Part shown: positions 49,209 to 61,678 of the stretch, piece by piece | How positions within the stretch are numbered: the stretch's first letter is position 1 | Layout of the letters: the number at the start of each line of letters is the position of its first letter | Assembly (NCBI GenBank): GCA_965219995.1 | Contig: CBDCOX010000002.1 | Location: forward strand, 288,001-352,000 | Direction of reading: 5' to 3' | Length of the DNA: 64,000 bases | Source: Candidatus Latescibacterota bacterium | Lineage (GTDB): Bacteria; Latescibacterota; UBA2968; GCA-2709665 | Notes under the pieces: model-generated | Told to the model about the DNA's origin: nothing | The model's input: the letters and a program-made list of their open reading frames with translations, nothing else | The model's database searches: none | Program-made: the position numbers and the translations under genes

Positions 49209-51278
49209 ATGTCACGCAGAGAACAACTGGAACGGATTCGCAACATCGGCATCATGGCGCACATCGATGCGGGTAAGACCACAACGAGCGAGCGGATTCT
49301 GTACTATACGGGTCGGCTGCATCGCATGGGTGAGGTGCACGACGGCGCGGCGACAATGGACTGGATGGACCAGGAACGGGAACGGGGAATCACCATCACG
49401 TCGGCTGCCACCACCTGTTTCTGGGACGGACACCGGATCAACATCATCGATACGCCCGGACACGTGGATTTTACGGCCGAGGTAGAACGGTCACTTCGGG
49501 TTCTGGACGGGGTTATCGGGATTTTCTGTGCCGTCGGCGGCGTGGAACCGCAGTCGGAAACCGTCTGGCGGCAGGCCGATAAGTACAGGGTGCCCCGGAT
49601 TGCCTTCGTCAACAAGATGGACAGGACGGGCGCCGACTTCTTCCGCGTACTTGAAATGATGAGGGAACGGCTGGCTTCGAATTTCGTGCCGGTGCAGATT
49701 CCCGTGGGCGCGGGGGAGTTATTCACGGGGTTGATCGATCTGGTGAAGATGAAAATGGTTTCCTATCAGGAAGACACGCTGGGCACGGTCTTTACCGAAA
49801 GCGAAATTCCTCACGACCTGATGGATCGTGCGCAGACCTATCGCGAGCAGATGCTGGAGGCGGTCTCCGATTTCGACGACACGCTGATGGAGAAATTCCT
49901 CGAAGGCGAGCACATCGCCGAAGAAGAAATCAGACAGGCGCTTCGTCTGGCAGCCATCAACGTTCACGCCGTGCCCGTCTTCTGCGGGTCGGCTTTCAAG
50001 AACAAGGGGGTCCAGCGGCTGCTCGACGGCGTTCTGGACTATCTCCCGTCGCCGCTCGACGTCCCGGCTGTAAAAGGGTTCGATCCGGACTCGGGGGCAG
50101 AGGTTACCCGGGCGCCGTCCCATGACGAACCGTTTTCAGCGCTTGCGTTCAAAGTGAAGACCGATCCTTATGTGGGGCATCTGACCTATTTCAGGGTTTA
50201 TTCGGGTTGTCTCAAAACCGGTTCGTACGTAAGGAATTCCAACAACGGGAAACGGGAGCGAATCGGCCGGGTTCTCCAGATGCATGCCAACAAGCGCGAG
50301 GAAATCGATGAGGTCGTTACCGGAGATATCGCAGCTGCCGTGGGATTGAAGGCGACGGCCACGGGGGAGACGCTCTGTGATATCGATCATCCGGTGATTC
50401 TGGAGTCGATGGACTTCGCGAAACCGGTCGTGTCCGTGGCCATCGAACCCAGGACAAAGGCCGACCAGGATCAGCTTGGGACGGCGCTGGGAAAGCTGTC
50501 CGAAGAGGACCCCACGTTTCATGTCTCCACAGACGAAGATACCGGGCAGACAATCATCTCGGGTATGGGAGAACTGCACCTGGAGATCATCGTCGACCGC
50601 TTGATGCGGGAATTCCGCGTTGCCGCCAATGTAGGCAAACCGCAGGTGACCTTCAAAGAGGCGATTCGCGAGACGGTCAAAGTCGAGGGGCGGTTCGTGC
50701 GGCAGACGGGCGGCAGGGGGCAATGGGGCCACGTATGGCTGGAGATGGGTCCGGGCGAGCCGGGCAGCGGCCTCGTATTCGAGAACAAGGTCGTGGGAGG
50801 GTCCGTTCCGACCGAATATATCCCTGCTGTCAGGCAGGGTGTTCAGGAGGCCATGCAGTCCGGCGTTCTGGCCGGATACCCGGTAGAAGACGTAAAGGTT
50901 GTGCTTTACGACGGATCGTACCACGACGTCGATTCTTCTGAGGTGGCGTTTAAGGTGGCCGCATCCATGGCGTTTAAAAACGGCGCCCGAAAAGCGGATC
51001 CGTACCTGATGGAACCCCTGATGGATGTTGAGGTCGTCGTACCCGAAGAATATATGGGCGATGTCATGGGCGACCTGAATGCCCGGCGCGGACACATCGT
51101 GGGCATTGTGATCCGTCCGGATGCCCAGGTGATCACGGCAATGGTCCCGCTAACCGAGATGTTCGGCTACGCCACGCGACTGCGCTCCCTGACCCAGGGG
51201 CGCGCGATCTATTCGATGGAATTTTCAAGGTTCCAGGAAATTCCCAAAGCGCTTGCGCAGGAACTTACCGACAATTAG
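49209..51278 (+). CDS. fusA: Elongation factor G
   Basis: [35 protein letters not shown]. Confidence 0.98.
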   Translation: MSRREQLERIRNIGIMAHIDAGKTTTSERILYYTGRLHRMGEVHDGAATMDWMDQERERGITITSAATTCFWDGHRINIIDTPGHVDFTAEVERSLRVLDGVIGIFCAVGGVEPQSETVWRQADKYRVPRIAFVNKMDRTGADFFRVLEMMRERLASNFVPVQIPVGAGELFTGLIDLVKMKMVSYQEDTLGTVFTESEIPHDLMDRAQTYREQMLEAVSDFDDTLMEKFLEGEHIAEEEIRQALRLAAINVHAVPVFCGSAFKNKGVQRLLDGVLDYLPSPLDVPAVKGFDPDSGAEVTRAPSHDEPFSALAFKVKTDPYVGHLTYFRVYSGCLKTGSYVRNSNNGKRERIGRVLQMHANKREEIDEVVTGDIAAAVGLKATATGETLCDIDHPVILESMDFAKPVVSVAIEPRTKADQDQLGTALGKLSEEDPTFHVSTDEDTGQTIISGMGELHLEIIVDRLMREFRVAANVGKPQVTFKEAIRETVKVEGRFVRQTGGRGQWGHVWLEMGPGEPGSGLVFENKVVGGSVPTEYIPAVRQGVQEAMQSGVLAGYPVEDVKVVLYDGSYHDVDSSEVAFKVAASMAFKNGARKADPYLMEPLMDVEVVVPEEYMGDVMGDLNARRGHIVGIVIRPDAQVITAMVPLTEMFGYATRLRSLTQGRAIYSMEFSRFQEIPKALAQELTDN

Positions 51279-51372
51279 CGATCGGGACGCCCGTTCCACT
51301 TTGACGGCGGGCAACCACAAGAGCCCAACAAAAGGATTTTCGGGACGTTTTTTGCACAGGAGGTAAGGTCAT

Positions 51373-52568
<1,196 letters not shown>

Positions 52569-52569
<1 letters not shown>

Positions 52570-52730
52570 TGTCCTGTCCCAAAAATACCTCACCATTCTT
52601 CCGCCGATTCATCCCGTCTCGCGGCGTTGCCTTCGCTCGACGACCTGGCCAGGTCGCCTGCGCTCCGGCGCCTTGCGAGCCGGGCGACTCGACGGCCGAA
52701 TTTAGGCAACTTATTTCCGGGACAGAACAC
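52569..52730. mobile_element. MITE copy 2 (162 bp, flanked by TA on both sides)
   Basis: TA|GTGTCCTGTCCC...GGGACAGAACAC|TA; starts within the tuf TAG stop. Confidence 0.9.
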
Positions 52731-52750
52731 TAGGTCCGACGGAGGGGCAG

Positions 52751-53059
52751 GTGCCCGCACAAAAAATACGAATTCGGTTGAAGGCTTACGATCATTTTGC
52801 CCTTGATCGGTCCGTCGACGAGATCGTGCGAACGGCGAAACGGACAGGGGCCCTGATTTCCGGCCCCATTCCATTGCCCACCAAGCGTTCGTTGTACACG
52901 GTCCTTCGAGGCCCGAATATCGACAAGAAATCACGGGAGCAGTTCGAGACCCGTGTACATAAGCGCTTAATCGACATTCACAACTCGACGCCACAGACGG
53001 TGGATGCATTGATGAAACTGGATCTGCCGGCAGGGATCGACATCGAAATCAAGGCGTAG
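52751..53059 (+). CDS. rpsJ: 30S ribosomal protein S10
   Basis: [27 protein letters not shown]. Confidence 0.97.
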   Translation: MPAQKIRIRLKAYDHFALDRSVDEIVRTAKRTGALISGPIPLPTKRSLYTVLRGPNIDKKSREQFETRVHKRLIDIHNSTPQTVDALMKLDLPAGIDIEIKA

Positions 53060-53063
53060 TGAC

Positions 53064-53690
53064 GTGCTGGGATTGATTGGAAAGAAAATCGGAATGACCC
53101 AGGCCTACGACCAGGACGACAACCTGGTCCCCATAACCGTGGTTGAGGCGGGGCCATGTCCGGTTGTACAGGTCAAGGAAGACGGATCGGATGGATACCG
53201 CGCTGTGAAGCTCGGCTTCGGCGCGACTTCAGAGCGGCGCCTTACTCGGCCGCACCTGGGCATTCTCAGGGAATCCGGCGCGGGCCCACACCGCGTCCTG
53301 AAGGAGTTCCGGGTAGCCGACACGTCGGAATTCGAGGTCGGCCAGATTCTCGATTCCGGTATATTCGAGCCCGGAGAAACCGTCTCGGTAACCGGGCGTA
53401 CCAAGGGCAAGGGCTTTCAGGGCGGGGTCAAGAGGCACCATTTCAAGGGCGGTCCGAAAACACACGGGCAATCCGACCGGCATCGGGCACCCGGATCCAT
53501 CGGTCAGAGTTCCGATCCCTCCCGGGTATTCAAGGGGATGCGGATGGCGGGCCATATGGGCCATCGCCGGGAAACCGTGAAAGGGCTGAAGGTTGTCCGG
53601 GTGGACACAGCGCGCAACCTGTTGCTGCTCAAAGGCGCGGTACCCGGCCCCAACGGCGGCATCGTAAAGGTGCAGAAGCAGCGCAATTAA
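53064..53690 (+). CDS. rplC: 50S ribosomal protein L3
   Basis: GKKIGMTQ, KGKGFQG, THGQS.RHRAPGSIG. Confidence 0.97.
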   Translation: MLGLIGKKIGMTQAYDQDDNLVPITVVEAGPCPVVQVKEDGSDGYRAVKLGFGATSERRLTRPHLGILRESGAGPHRVLKEFRVADTSEFEVGQILDSGIFEPGETVSVTGRTKGKGFQGGVKRHHFKGGPKTHGQSDRHRAPGSIGQSSDPSRVFKGMRMAGHMGHRRETVKGLKVVRVDTARNLLLLKGAVPGPNGGIVKVQKQRN

Positions 53691-53707
53691 CGGGAACCAA
53701 TTGGGTT

Positions 53708-54340
53708 ATGGCGTCAGTTGAGGTAACGAACTTCGAGGGTGAGGTCGTGGGATCCGTCGACCTCCCGGAGACGATCTTCGGAATCGATCCGTCCCACCAT
53801 GCCATTTATCACACGGTCAAGATGTATCTGACCAACCAGCGCCAGGGCAACGCCCACGCCAAGACCCGTGCGGAAGTCCGGCGCAGCAAGCGGAAGATGT
53901 ACAGACAAAAAGGCACCGGACGAGCGAGAGCCGGCACCGCGTCGTCCCCGATTCGGGTCGGCGGCGGGGTCGCTCACGGTCCCAGGCCGCGGGAGTTGAA
54001 CGAGCGCGTACCCCGGAAGGTGCGGCGCCTGGCGCTGAAGTCGGCATTTTCGCTGAAGGCTCCGGTCGGGGCCATCAAAGTGGTGGAAGACTTCACGTTC
54101 GACGCGCCCCGGACGAAGCGGATGGCGGGGATGACGCAGGCCATCGAGGTCGACGACCGCAAGGTTCTGCTGCTCACGCCGGAAGCGGCGCCGAATATTC
54201 TGAAGTCATGCCGGAACTTATCCAACGTCCGGGTGGTGCCGGTCGCGCAGGTATCGACATACGACGTTGTCAACGCGGACGCGGTCGTCTTCACCCAGGA
54301 AGCCCTGGGAAGGCTGCAGGCCATCTGGGGGTCGGCATGA
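53708..54340 (+). CDS. rplD: 50S ribosomal protein L4
   Basis: KTRAEV, RQKGTGRARAG, GGGVAHGP. Confidence 0.96.
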   Translation: MASVEVTNFEGEVVGSVDLPETIFGIDPSHHAIYHTVKMYLTNQRQGNAHAKTRAEVRRSKRKMYRQKGTGRARAGTASSPIRVGGGVAHGPRPRELNERVPRKVRRLALKSAFSLKAPVGAIKVVEDFTFDAPRTKRMAGMTQAIEVDDRKVLLLTPEAAPNILKSCRNLSNVRVVPVAQVSTYDVVNADAVVFTQEALGRLQAIWGSA

Positions 54341-54630
54341 AAAAAGACTTCAGAGAGGTCATCCGCAGACCGCTGATCACCGAACGGGCTTCCGAGCTGC
54401 AGGAAGATCACAACAAATTCGTGTTTGAAGTTCGGGTCGATGCCAACAAGCTGGAAATCAAAAGGGCCGCTGAAGCGATGTTCAATGTACGGGTGCTGAA
54501 CGTCAATACGTCTGCCGTATCCGGAAAGCTGAAGAGAATGGGGCGGTTTCAGGGCCGACGCGCCAACTGGAAGAAGGCGATCATCACGCTTGCGGCCGGC
54601 GACGTCATTGACTTTTTCGGAGAATCCTGA
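54337..54630 (+). CDS. rplW: 50S ribosomal protein L23
   Basis: PLITER, ANKLEIK, GK.KR, WKKAIITL. Confidence 0.96.
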   Translation: MKKDFREVIRRPLITERASELQEDHNKFVFEVRVDANKLEIKRAAEAMFNVRVLNVNTSAVSGKLKRMGRFQGRRANWKKAIITLAAGDVIDFFGES

Positions 54631-54633
54631 TCG

Positions 54634-55464
54634 ATGCCTGTAAAGACGTTCCGACCGTTTACGCCGTCGCTGCGGTTCAAAACCGTCTCCTCGTTCGAGG
54701 AAATCACCCGTTCCGACCCCGAGAAATCCCTGGTCGAGGCGAACAAGAAGAGCGGCGGCCGCAACAACATGGGCCGCATTACGAGCCGTCGTCGCGGCGG
54801 AGGACATCGACGGCACTACCGTATCATCGATTTCAAACGCAACAAATTCGGTGTTCCGGCAACGGTGAATTCCATCGAATACGATCCGAATCGCTCAGCG
54901 CGAATTGCACTGCTCCATTATGTCGACGGTGAGAAACGGTATATTCTGGCGCCCACGGGACTGAACGTTGGCGCTCAGGTGGTATCCGGGCCGGAGGCCG
55001 ATGTGCGGCCCGGCAACGCGCTGCCTCTGGAGAACATCCCGCAGGGAACCCATGTTCACAACGTCGAATTGCAGCCCGGCAAGGGAGGGCAGTTGGGCCG
55101 ATCGGCCGGATCCGAAATCCAGATCATGGCCAAAGAAGGCAGGTTCGCGCAACTCCGCCTGCCCTCCGGCGAGGTACGGCTGGTCCCGGTCACGTGCTAT
55201 GCCACGGTAGGTCAGGTGGGAAATCAGGAGCACGAAAACGTCGTTCTGGGAAAGGCGGGGCGAAACAGGTGGCTGGGGAGGCGGCCGTCGGTGAGAGGAG
55301 TGGCGATGAATCCCATCGATCACCCGCATGGAGGAGGGGAGGGACGCGCGTCGGGCGGCGGACATCCGGTAACGCCCTGGGGGGTGCCCACGAAGGGATA
55401 CAAAACGAGAAAACGCAAGAAACAGTCCAGCAAACTGATCGTAAGAAGACAGAACAAGAGATAG
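54634..55464 (+). CDS. rplB: 50S ribosomal protein L2
   Basis: [22 protein letters not shown]. Confidence 0.98.
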   Translation: MPVKTFRPFTPSLRFKTVSSFEEITRSDPEKSLVEANKKSGGRNNMGRITSRRRGGGHRRHYRIIDFKRNKFGVPATVNSIEYDPNRSARIALLHYVDGEKRYILAPTGLNVGAQVVSGPEADVRPGNALPLENIPQGTHVHNVELQPGKGGQLGRSAGSEIQIMAKEGRFAQLRLPSGEVRLVPVTCYATVGQVGNQEHENVVLGKAGRNRWLGRRPSVRGVAMNPIDHPHGGGEGRASGGGHPVTPWGVPTKGYKTRKRKKQSSKLIVRRQNKR

Positions 55465-55485
55465 ATTTCCCCAGGCGAGGATTGA

Positions 55486-55773
55486 ATGGCACGGTCGCTC
55501 AAGAAAGGTCCCTACGTTGACGCGGGTCTTCTGACGAAGATCGAGGGAATGAACAAGTCGGGCAACAAGCGCGTGATACAGACGTGGGCCCGCCGTTCGA
55601 CCATTTCTCCCGAATTTGTGGGTCATACGCTCGCGGTGCATAACGGAAACAAGTTCATTCCGGTGTACATTACGGAAAATATGGTGGGGCACAAGCTGGG
55701 TGAATTCGCCCCTACAAGGACGTTCCGTGGGCATTCGGGAAGCCTGACAGAGCGATCGACGGGGCTGAAGTAG
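55486..55773 (+). CDS. rpsS: 30S ribosomal protein S19
   Basis: [21 protein letters not shown]. Confidence 0.98.
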   Translation: MARSLKKGPYVDAGLLTKIEGMNKSGNKRVIQTWARRSTISPEFVGHTLAVHNGNKFIPVYITENMVGHKLGEFAPTRTFRGHSGSLTERSTGLK

Positions 55774-55963
55774 CTCCGGTAACCCGTTCCGGCCGACGCC
55801 CGCCTGTCGATGTTCGGCGTTGGACCGGGGCAGGCAGAATGAACCGGCTGAGGGGCGGTTGGCAGTCCTTTGAAGAAACCGCTCTGCAGGGTTTCGGCCA
55901 TAAGGGCCGGACGCAGCCCGGATGGACTTTTGCGACGGGATGTCAGGGTCAGGAAGGGATTTG

Positions 55964-56305
55964 ATGACGGCCAGGGCAGTCACCAGATACGTCAGGATTT
56001 CGCCCCGAAAAGCGCGTCAGGTGGTGGACCTTGTGCGCGGTAAAGGGGTCGAAGAGGCGTTTCATATCCTTCAGTTTACGCCCAAGAAGGCGGCCCGGAT
56101 CGTAGAACGCACGTTGCGGTCGGCGGTAGCCAATGCCGCCAACACCGAGTCGTCCACGGTTCGAGAAGAAGACCTTTACGTTCAGGAAGCGTTCGTGAAC
56201 GGCGCCATCGCAATGCGTCGTATTCGCCCCATGCCGCGTGGCGCCGCGGGATTTATCCGAAAGCGCTGCAGCCATATCACGCTGGTCGTATCGGACGACG
56301 ATTAG
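55964..56305 (+). CDS. rplV: 50S ribosomal protein L22
   Basis: SPRKAR, SAVANA, KR.SHIT. Confidence 0.96.
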   Translation: MTARAVTRYVRISPRKARQVVDLVRGKGVEEAFHILQFTPKKAARIVERTLRSAVANAANTESSTVREEDLYVQEAFVNGAIAMRRIRPMPRGAAGFIRKRCSHITLVVSDDD

Positions 56306-56323
56306 TCGTCGGGAGGATTACGT

Positions 56324-56980
56324 TTGGGCCAGAAAACACATCCAACCGGATTCCGACTGGGCATTGTAAAAGACTGGCGTTCCCGCTGGTTTGCCGGTAA
56401 CGATTTTGCCGAGCTGTTGAAGGAAGACCTGATGCTGCGACGTTACATCCATAGCAGACTCCAACGTGCGAGCGTGTCTCAGATCGAGATCGAACGCGCA
56501 CCGAAACGGGTGACCATTTCGGTGCATACTGCTCGTCCGGGTATCGTGATCGGCCGTAAGGGGCAGGAAGTGGACAAGCTCAGGGACGAATTGAAACACA
56601 TTACCGGCAAAGAGATTTATATAAATATCCAGGAAATCAAGCGGCCGGAACTGAATGCGCAACTGGTCGCAGACAACATCGCGCGCCAGCTGGAGCAGAG
56701 AGTTTCGTTCCGCCGGGCGATGAAAAAAGCGATCGCTTCGGCGATGCGCATGGGTGCCGACGGCATCAAGATTGTATGTGGCGGACGCCTGGGCGGTGCG
56801 GAGATGGCCCGGATCGAAAAGTCGGAACCCGCCGGCCGAGTGCCGCTGCATACGCTCAGGGCGGATATAGACTATGCCACGTCCACGGCCTTCACAACTT
56901 CAGGCACGGTCGGGGTCAAGGTGTGGGTGTGCCACGGAGAGGTCGTGGATCGTCGCGCTCCGGGAGGACCGGGTCAGTAA
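56324..56980 (+). CDS. rpsC: 30S ribosomal protein S3
   Basis: [33 protein letters not shown]. Confidence 0.97.
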   Translation: MGQKTHPTGFRLGIVKDWRSRWFAGNDFAELLKEDLMLRRYIHSRLQRASVSQIEIERAPKRVTISVHTARPGIVIGRKGQEVDKLRDELKHITGKEIYINIQEIKRPELNAQLVADNIARQLEQRVSFRRAMKKAIASAMRMGADGIKIVCGGRLGGAEMARIEKSEPAGRVPLHTLRADIDYATSTAFTTSGTVGVKVWVCHGEVVDRRAPGGPGQ

Positions 56981-57011
56981 GCCGAACCGGGTATTGTAAG
57001 GATAAGACTCC

Positions 57012-57431
57012 ATGTTGATGCCGAAAAGGGTGAAGTGGCGAAAACAGCAGCGCGGCCGTATGCGCGGCGTGGCGTACCGGGGCAGCAGTATCGCTTTTGG
57101 AGAATTTGCGCTTCAGGCGCTCGAGCCGGCCTGGATTACCAGCCGGCAGATCGAGGCCGCGCGCGTGGCCATAACGCGCGCGCTCGGACGTGGAGGCAAG
57201 GTGTGGATCCGTCTGTTTCCCGACAAGCCGGTCACCATCAAACCCGCCGAGACCCGGATGGGCAAGGGTAAAGGGAATCCGGAATACTGGGTGGCCGTCG
57301 TCAAACCGGGCCGGATCATGTTCGAAATCGACGGTGTCGAGCGGGCGAGCGCGCGGGAGGCCATGCGAAAGGCGGGCCACAAGATGCCCATCAAGACCCG
57401 GTTTATCGAACGCGGAGAAAGTGAAGAATGA
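57012..57431 (+). CDS. rplP: 50S ribosomal protein L16
   Basis: RQIEAAR, FPDKP, RMGKGKG. Confidence 0.98.
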   Translation: MLMPKRVKWRKQQRGRMRGVAYRGSSIAFGEFALQALEPAWITSRQIEAARVAITRALGRGGKVWIRLFPDKPVTIKPAETRMGKGKGNPEYWVAVVKPGRIMFEIDGVERASAREAMRKAGHKMPIKTRFIERGESEE

Positions 57432-57664
57432 AAGCCAGCGAGATTCGCCAGATGACCCCGGGCGAGGTTGACGAGTTGTTGGTCGACAGGCTCGAGGAGT
57501 TGTCCAATTTGAGAATTCAGCTTGTCACGCAGCAGCTCGACAATCCGCTTCAGGTCAAGTCGGTCCGACGGGATATCGCCCGGATCAGAACGGTACAGCG
57601 GGAGCGCGCAGAGGATTCGATCGTCGCAGTCGGCGGCGACTCCCGGGGATCGGAAGGAAATTAA
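57428..57664 (+). CDS. rpmC: 50S ribosomal protein L29
   Basis: MKASEIR, RRDIARI.T. Confidence 0.95.
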   Translation: MKASEIRQMTPGEVDELLVDRLEELSNLRIQLVTQQLDNPLQVKSVRRDIARIRTVQRERAEDSIVAVGGDSRGSEGN

Positions 57665-57667
57665 ACC

Positions 57668-57934
57668 ATGGCACAAACCGCCGCGCGCGGCCGTCGCAAG
57701 ACCCTTGTGGGCCGGGTGCTGAGCAATCAGGCCAACAAGACAATCGTCGTGGAAGTCACCTGGCGCACCCCCCATCCGCTTTACGGCAAGGTGGTGCGGC
57801 GCCGTTCGAAATTCGCCGCACACGACGAAAATAACTCGGCGAATTCAGGCGACACCGTGTTGATTTGCGAAACCCGCCCGATCAGCAAGACCAAACGATG
57901 GCGTCTGGCCGAGATTCTGGAAAAGGTCCAATAG
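57668..57934 (+). CDS. rpsQ: 30S ribosomal protein S17
   Basis: [21 protein letters not shown]. Confidence 0.97.
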   Translation: MAQTAARGRRKTLVGRVLSNQANKTIVVEVTWRTPHPLYGKVVRRRSKFAAHDENNSANSGDTVLICETRPISKTKRWRLAEILEKVQ

Positions 57935-57946
57935 GAGTATTACGGA

Positions 57947-58315
57947 ATGGTTACGGAGCAGACGGTTCTGAACTGCGCCGACAACAGTGGCGCCCGCAAG
58001 GTGATGTGCTTCCGGGTGCTGGGCGGGTCCCGGAGAAAATACGCCGGTCTCGGCGATACGATCGTGGTAGCCGTGAAAGATGCCCAGCCCAACAGCGCCG
58101 TGAAAAAGGGAGAAGTTGCGCGGGCGGTCATTGTTCGGACCAGGAAGGAGGCGCGTCGCTCCGATGGTTCTTACATCCGGTTCGACGACAATGCCGCGGT
58201 GTTGATCAATGCGGAGGGCGAACCGCGGGCAACGCGCATCTTCGGCCCGGTTGCACGGGAGCTGCGCGACAGGCGATTCATGCGAATTGTGTCTCTGGCG
58301 GCCGAAGTGGTCTGA
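57947..58315 (+). CDS. rplN: 50S ribosomal protein L14
   Basis: [23 protein letters not shown]. Confidence 0.98.
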   Translation: MVTEQTVLNCADNSGARKVMCFRVLGGSRRKYAGLGDTIVVAVKDAQPNSAVKKGEVARAVIVRTRKEARRSDGSYIRFDDNAAVLINAEGEPRATRIFGPVARELRDRRFMRIVSLAAEVV

Positions 58316-58342
58316 CGTTTCCACAGCAGGGAGAGTCGAACG

Positions 58343-58672
58343 GTGAAAGTTCATGTGCGCAAGGGCGATCAGGTCGAGGTCATCGGCGGGGTGGATGCGG
58401 GGAGGAGAGGGCGCGTCCTGAAGGTATTTCCCAGGAAAGCGCGGGCGCTGGTGGAGGGCATCAATTTCATAAAGCGGCATACCCGCCCCGGCCCCAAGAA
58501 CCAGCAGGGCGGTATTATCGAAAAAGAAGCGCCCGTGCATATTTCCAGGCTGATGTTAATCGATCCTCAAACCGACGAGCCCACCCGGATACGCCGGAAG
58601 CGATTGGAGAACGGTGAACGGATACGGCTCGCGATCAAGAGTGGCGAACAGATTTCCGAAGCGAGTACATAG
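58343..58672 (+). CDS. rplX: 50S ribosomal protein L24
   Basis: [22 protein letters not shown]. Confidence 0.97.
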   Translation: MKVHVRKGDQVEVIGGVDAGRRGRVLKVFPRKARALVEGINFIKRHTRPGPKNQQGGIIEKEAPVHISRLMLIDPQTDEPTRIRRKRLENGERIRLAIKSGEQISEAST

Positions 58673-58682
58673 AGAGGGATGA

Positions 58683-59237
58683 ATGGCTGCGCGGCTTAGA
58701 GAAATGTACAACAATGAGATCGTCCCGGCGATGGTTTCGCATTTCGCCTACAAGAACAGGATGCAGGTGCCGAGGCTCGAGAAGGTTGTCATGAACATGG
58801 GTCTGGGAGAGGCCGTACAGAACCCGAAGGCGATCGACAGCGCCATCGCCGACCTGTCAACCATTTCGGGACAGCGACCTTCCATTCGTCGGGCGAAGAA
58901 GTCGGTCTCGAATTTCAAACTGCGCGAGGGCATGCCCGTCGGGTGCGCCGTTACGCTCCGACGCGATCGGATGTACGAATTCCTCGATCGTTTCTTCACC
59001 TTTGCCATACCCCGCACACGCGACTTCAGAGGGTTGTCTCCCAATGCCTTCGACGGTCGCGGGAATTATACTGTGGGTGTCCGGGAGCAGATTATTTTTC
59101 CGGAGATCAACTATGACCAGATCGACCAGATCCGCGGGCTGGACGTGACCATCGTAACTACGGCCCGGACGGACGAAGAGGCATTTGAATTGCTCAAGCG
59201 CTTTGGCATGCCGTTCCAGGCTGCCGAAGCGGCCTGA
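58683..59237 (+). CDS. rplE: 50S ribosomal protein L5
   Basis: FKLREG, RDFRG, FDGRGNY, IFPEI. Confidence 0.98.
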   Translation: MAARLREMYNNEIVPAMVSHFAYKNRMQVPRLEKVVMNMGLGEAVQNPKAIDSAIADLSTISGQRPSIRRAKKSVSNFKLREGMPVGCAVTLRRDRMYEFLDRFFTFAIPRTRDFRGLSPNAFDGRGNYTVGVREQIIFPEINYDQIDQIRGLDVTIVTTARTDEEAFELLKRFGMPFQAAEAA

Positions 59238-59259
59238 AACCAAGAAAGCGAGCGTACCT

Positions 59260-59445
59260 GTGGCAAAAAAGACATTGATTGTCAAGGCAAACAAAAAGCC
59301 GAAGTTTGCCGTTCGCCGTTATAATCGTTGCCATCGTTGCGGACGCCCCAGAGGCTACATGAGGCAGTTCGGAATCTGCAGGATCTGCTTTAGGGAACTG
59401 GCGTTGCTGGGTGAGATTCCAGGGGTCGCGAAGGCGAGCTGGTAG
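59260..59445 (+). CDS. rpsN: 30S ribosomal protein S14, 61-aa Zn-binding type
   Basis: GTG start; RC.RCGR, CRICFRE, KASW. Confidence 0.96.
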   Translation: MAKKTLIVKANKKPKFAVRRYNRCHRCGRPRGYMRQFGICRICFRELALLGEIPGVAKASW

Positions 59446-59476
59446 CAGCTCTGACAGACAGGAGGCTGTTGACGCT

Positions 59477-59875
59477 ATGAGTATGAGCGATCCGGTTGCC
59501 GATATGCTGACCCGTATTCGGAATGCGGCCCGTGCAGGGCACCGCAAGGTAGACATTCCGGGTTCCCGGATAAAAACTGAAATTGCCCGAATTCTGAAGA
59601 CCAAGGGGTTTATCCACAATTACGCGTCCGTGGAAGACAACAGGCAGGGCTACATCCGGCTGTATCTCAGGTACAGTTCGGACGACGAGAGCGCGATACA
59701 AGGATTGGAACGCATCAGCCGACCGGGGCTGCGTCGTTACGTAGGAGCCGGCGAAATCCCGAGGGTACTCAACGGTCTCGGCGTGGCCGTGCTTTCCACG
59801 TCGCGGGGTATTCTCACGGATAGCGAGGCTCGTACGGCCGGGGTTGGCGGCGAAGTCCTCTGCCACCTCTGGTAA
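59477..59875 (+). CDS. rpsH: 30S ribosomal protein S8
   Basis: DPVADMLTRIRN, SRPGLRRY, STSRG, GGEV. Confidence 0.97.
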   Translation: MSMSDPVADMLTRIRNAARAGHRKVDIPGSRIKTEIARILKTKGFIHNYASVEDNRQGYIRLYLRYSSDDESAIQGLERISRPGLRRYVGAGEIPRVLNGLGVAVLSTSRGILTDSEARTAGVGGEVLCHLW

Positions 59876-59890
59876 ACGGGAGGATTCAAG

Positions 59891-60457
59891 GTGTCACGCG
59901 TTGGAAAACAACCGATTCCCGTTCCGGATGGGGTTCAAGTACAGGTTGGACCGGACGGCGTGCAGGTGAAGGGGAGCAAGGGAGAGTTGACGGTGCGGAT
60001 TCATCCGTTAACACAGTTACGCCAGGAAGACGGGACGCTGCGCGTCACGGTTGAGAATACCAACGACAGGGAGTCAAAGGCGGTATGGGGCTTGACCCGG
60101 GCGTTGCTCGCCAACGCGGTTGAGGGCGTGCGCAACGGATTTGAAAAACGGCTCGTAATCGTGGGAGTGGGGTATCGCGCTGAGATGAAGGGCAGGAATC
60201 TGGATTTGCAGGTCGGTTTCAGCCATCCCGTGATCATAGAGCCACTCGACGGCGTTGAAATAAGCATTGAGGCGGCCCCCGCCGAAATAGACACGGCCCA
60301 GGCCTCAATTGTCGTCCGGGGACCAGATAAGGAACGAGTGGGACAGATGGCCGCCGATATTCGAAAGGTCCGTCCCCCGGAGCCATACAAGGGTAAAGGG
60401 ATCAGATACTTTAACGAGTACGTGCGTCGCAAGGCCGGCAAGGCCGCTGTTACATAG
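59891..60457 (+). CDS. rplF: 50S ribosomal protein L6
   Basis: MSRVGK.PI, GVGYRA, PEPYKGKGIRY. Confidence 0.97.
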   Translation: MSRVGKQPIPVPDGVQVQVGPDGVQVKGSKGELTVRIHPLTQLRQEDGTLRVTVENTNDRESKAVWGLTRALLANAVEGVRNGFEKRLVIVGVGYRAEMKGRNLDLQVGFSHPVIIEPLDGVEISIEAAPAEIDTAQASIVVRGPDKERVGQMAADIRKVRPPEPYKGKGIRYFNEYVRRKAGKAAVT

Positions 60458-60484
60458 TATCGATTACCCAAGGAGCGGATTTTC

Positions 60485-60853
60485 ATGGCAAACCCACAAA
60501 TACAGAAGGCCAACCTGCGACGTCGCCGCCGATTGCGAATCCGAAAGAAGATTCGCGGAACCCCCGGGCGGCCCCGGTTGGCGGTTAGCAGGAGTCTGAA
60601 CCACATCGAGGTGCAGCTGATCGACGACACGACGGGTCGATCCCTTCTGGGGCTCTCGAGCAATTCCCGTGAAATCCGCGATACGCTCTCGGGCAACAAG
60701 AGCGAGAAGGGGCGTGAGGTGGGCCGTGCGGTGGCAACGAAAGCGCTCGAGGCCGGCATCAAAACCGTTGTATTCGATCGGGGCGGCCGCCTGTACCACG
60801 GCCGGATCAAGGCGTTGGCCGACGGCGCACGAGAAGGTGGACTGTTGTTTTAG
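60485..60853 (+). CDS. rplR: 50S ribosomal protein L18
   Basis: RPRL, QLIDD, FDRGG..YHGR. Confidence 0.97.
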   Translation: MANPQIQKANLRRRRRLRIRKKIRGTPGRPRLAVSRSLNHIEVQLIDDTTGRSLLGLSSNSREIRDTLSGNKSEKGREVGRAVATKALEAGIKTVVFDRGGRLYHGRIKALADGAREGGLLF

Positions 60854-60883
60854 GCTGGTTGCCGGATATAAAGGAGTACGCAT

Positions 60884-61399
60884 TTGAAACGTATAGACCC
60901 TTCGGGACTGGACCTGACTGAAATCGTCATCAACAACAGCCTCAAGCGGGTATCCCATGTGCGCAAGGGCGGACGTCGCTTTGCCTTCAATGTGATGGTG
61001 GTCGTCGGCGACCGACAGGGTCACGTCGGCGCCGGAATGGGCAAGGCGGGAGAAGTGGCCGAAGCCATTCGCAAAGCCACCGAAAATGCAAAAAAGGAAC
61101 TGGTGCGCATACCGGTCATCAACGGAACATTGCCGCACGAGATCATCGGTGTCTTTGGCGCCTCCAGGGTACTGTTAAAGCCCGCGGCGCCGGGAACCGG
61201 GGTGATCGCCGGAGGGGGTATACGAGCGGTTCTGGAACTGGCAGGTGTGCAGAACGTGCTGACCAAATCTCTGGGTTCCCAGAATACCCACAATACCGTC
61301 AAGGCGACGCTCCAGGGTCTGGCTAGCCTGCGCGACGCACGGGCGTTCGCGCGGCTGCGGAATGTCGACGAAGCAGAGTTTACCGGCGTTCGGGAGTAA
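60884..61399 (+). CDS. rpsE: 30S ribosomal protein S5
   Basis: [23 protein letters not shown]. Confidence 0.96.
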   Translation: MKRIDPSGLDLTEIVINNSLKRVSHVRKGGRRFAFNVMVVVGDRQGHVGAGMGKAGEVAEAIRKATENAKKELVRIPVINGTLPHEIIGVFGASRVLLKPAAPGTGVIAGGGIRAVLELAGVQNVLTKSLGSQNTHNTVKATLQGLASLRDARAFARLRNVDEAEFTGVRE

Positions 61400-61405
61400 T
61401 GCGGA

Positions 61406-61603
61406 ATGGCAGACGACGGGAAAAAACTGAAGATCACTCAGGTTCGCAGCATGATCTCGCGCAATGAAAAACAGCGGCGTACGCTCGTGGCGCTTGGCAT
61501 TCGACGTATTCGTCACAGCGTGATCCACAACGATACCGTGCAAATCCGCGGAATGGTCAATGCAGTAGCGCACCTCGTCGAAGTGAAACCGGCGGACGGC
61601 TGA
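61406..61603 (+). CDS. rpmD: 50S ribosomal protein L30
   Basis: KITQVRS, ALGIRRI, IRGM...V.HLV. Confidence 0.95.
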   Translation: MADDGKKLKITQVRSMISRNEKQRRTLVALGIRRIRHSVIHNDTVQIRGMVNAVAHLVEVKPADG

Positions 61604-61678
61604 TTTCGGATAGGGTCGTTCCATGGTCGCGACGGCCGGACCGGGCCCGCGTACTCTCACGCGTAAGGACTCAGGAAG

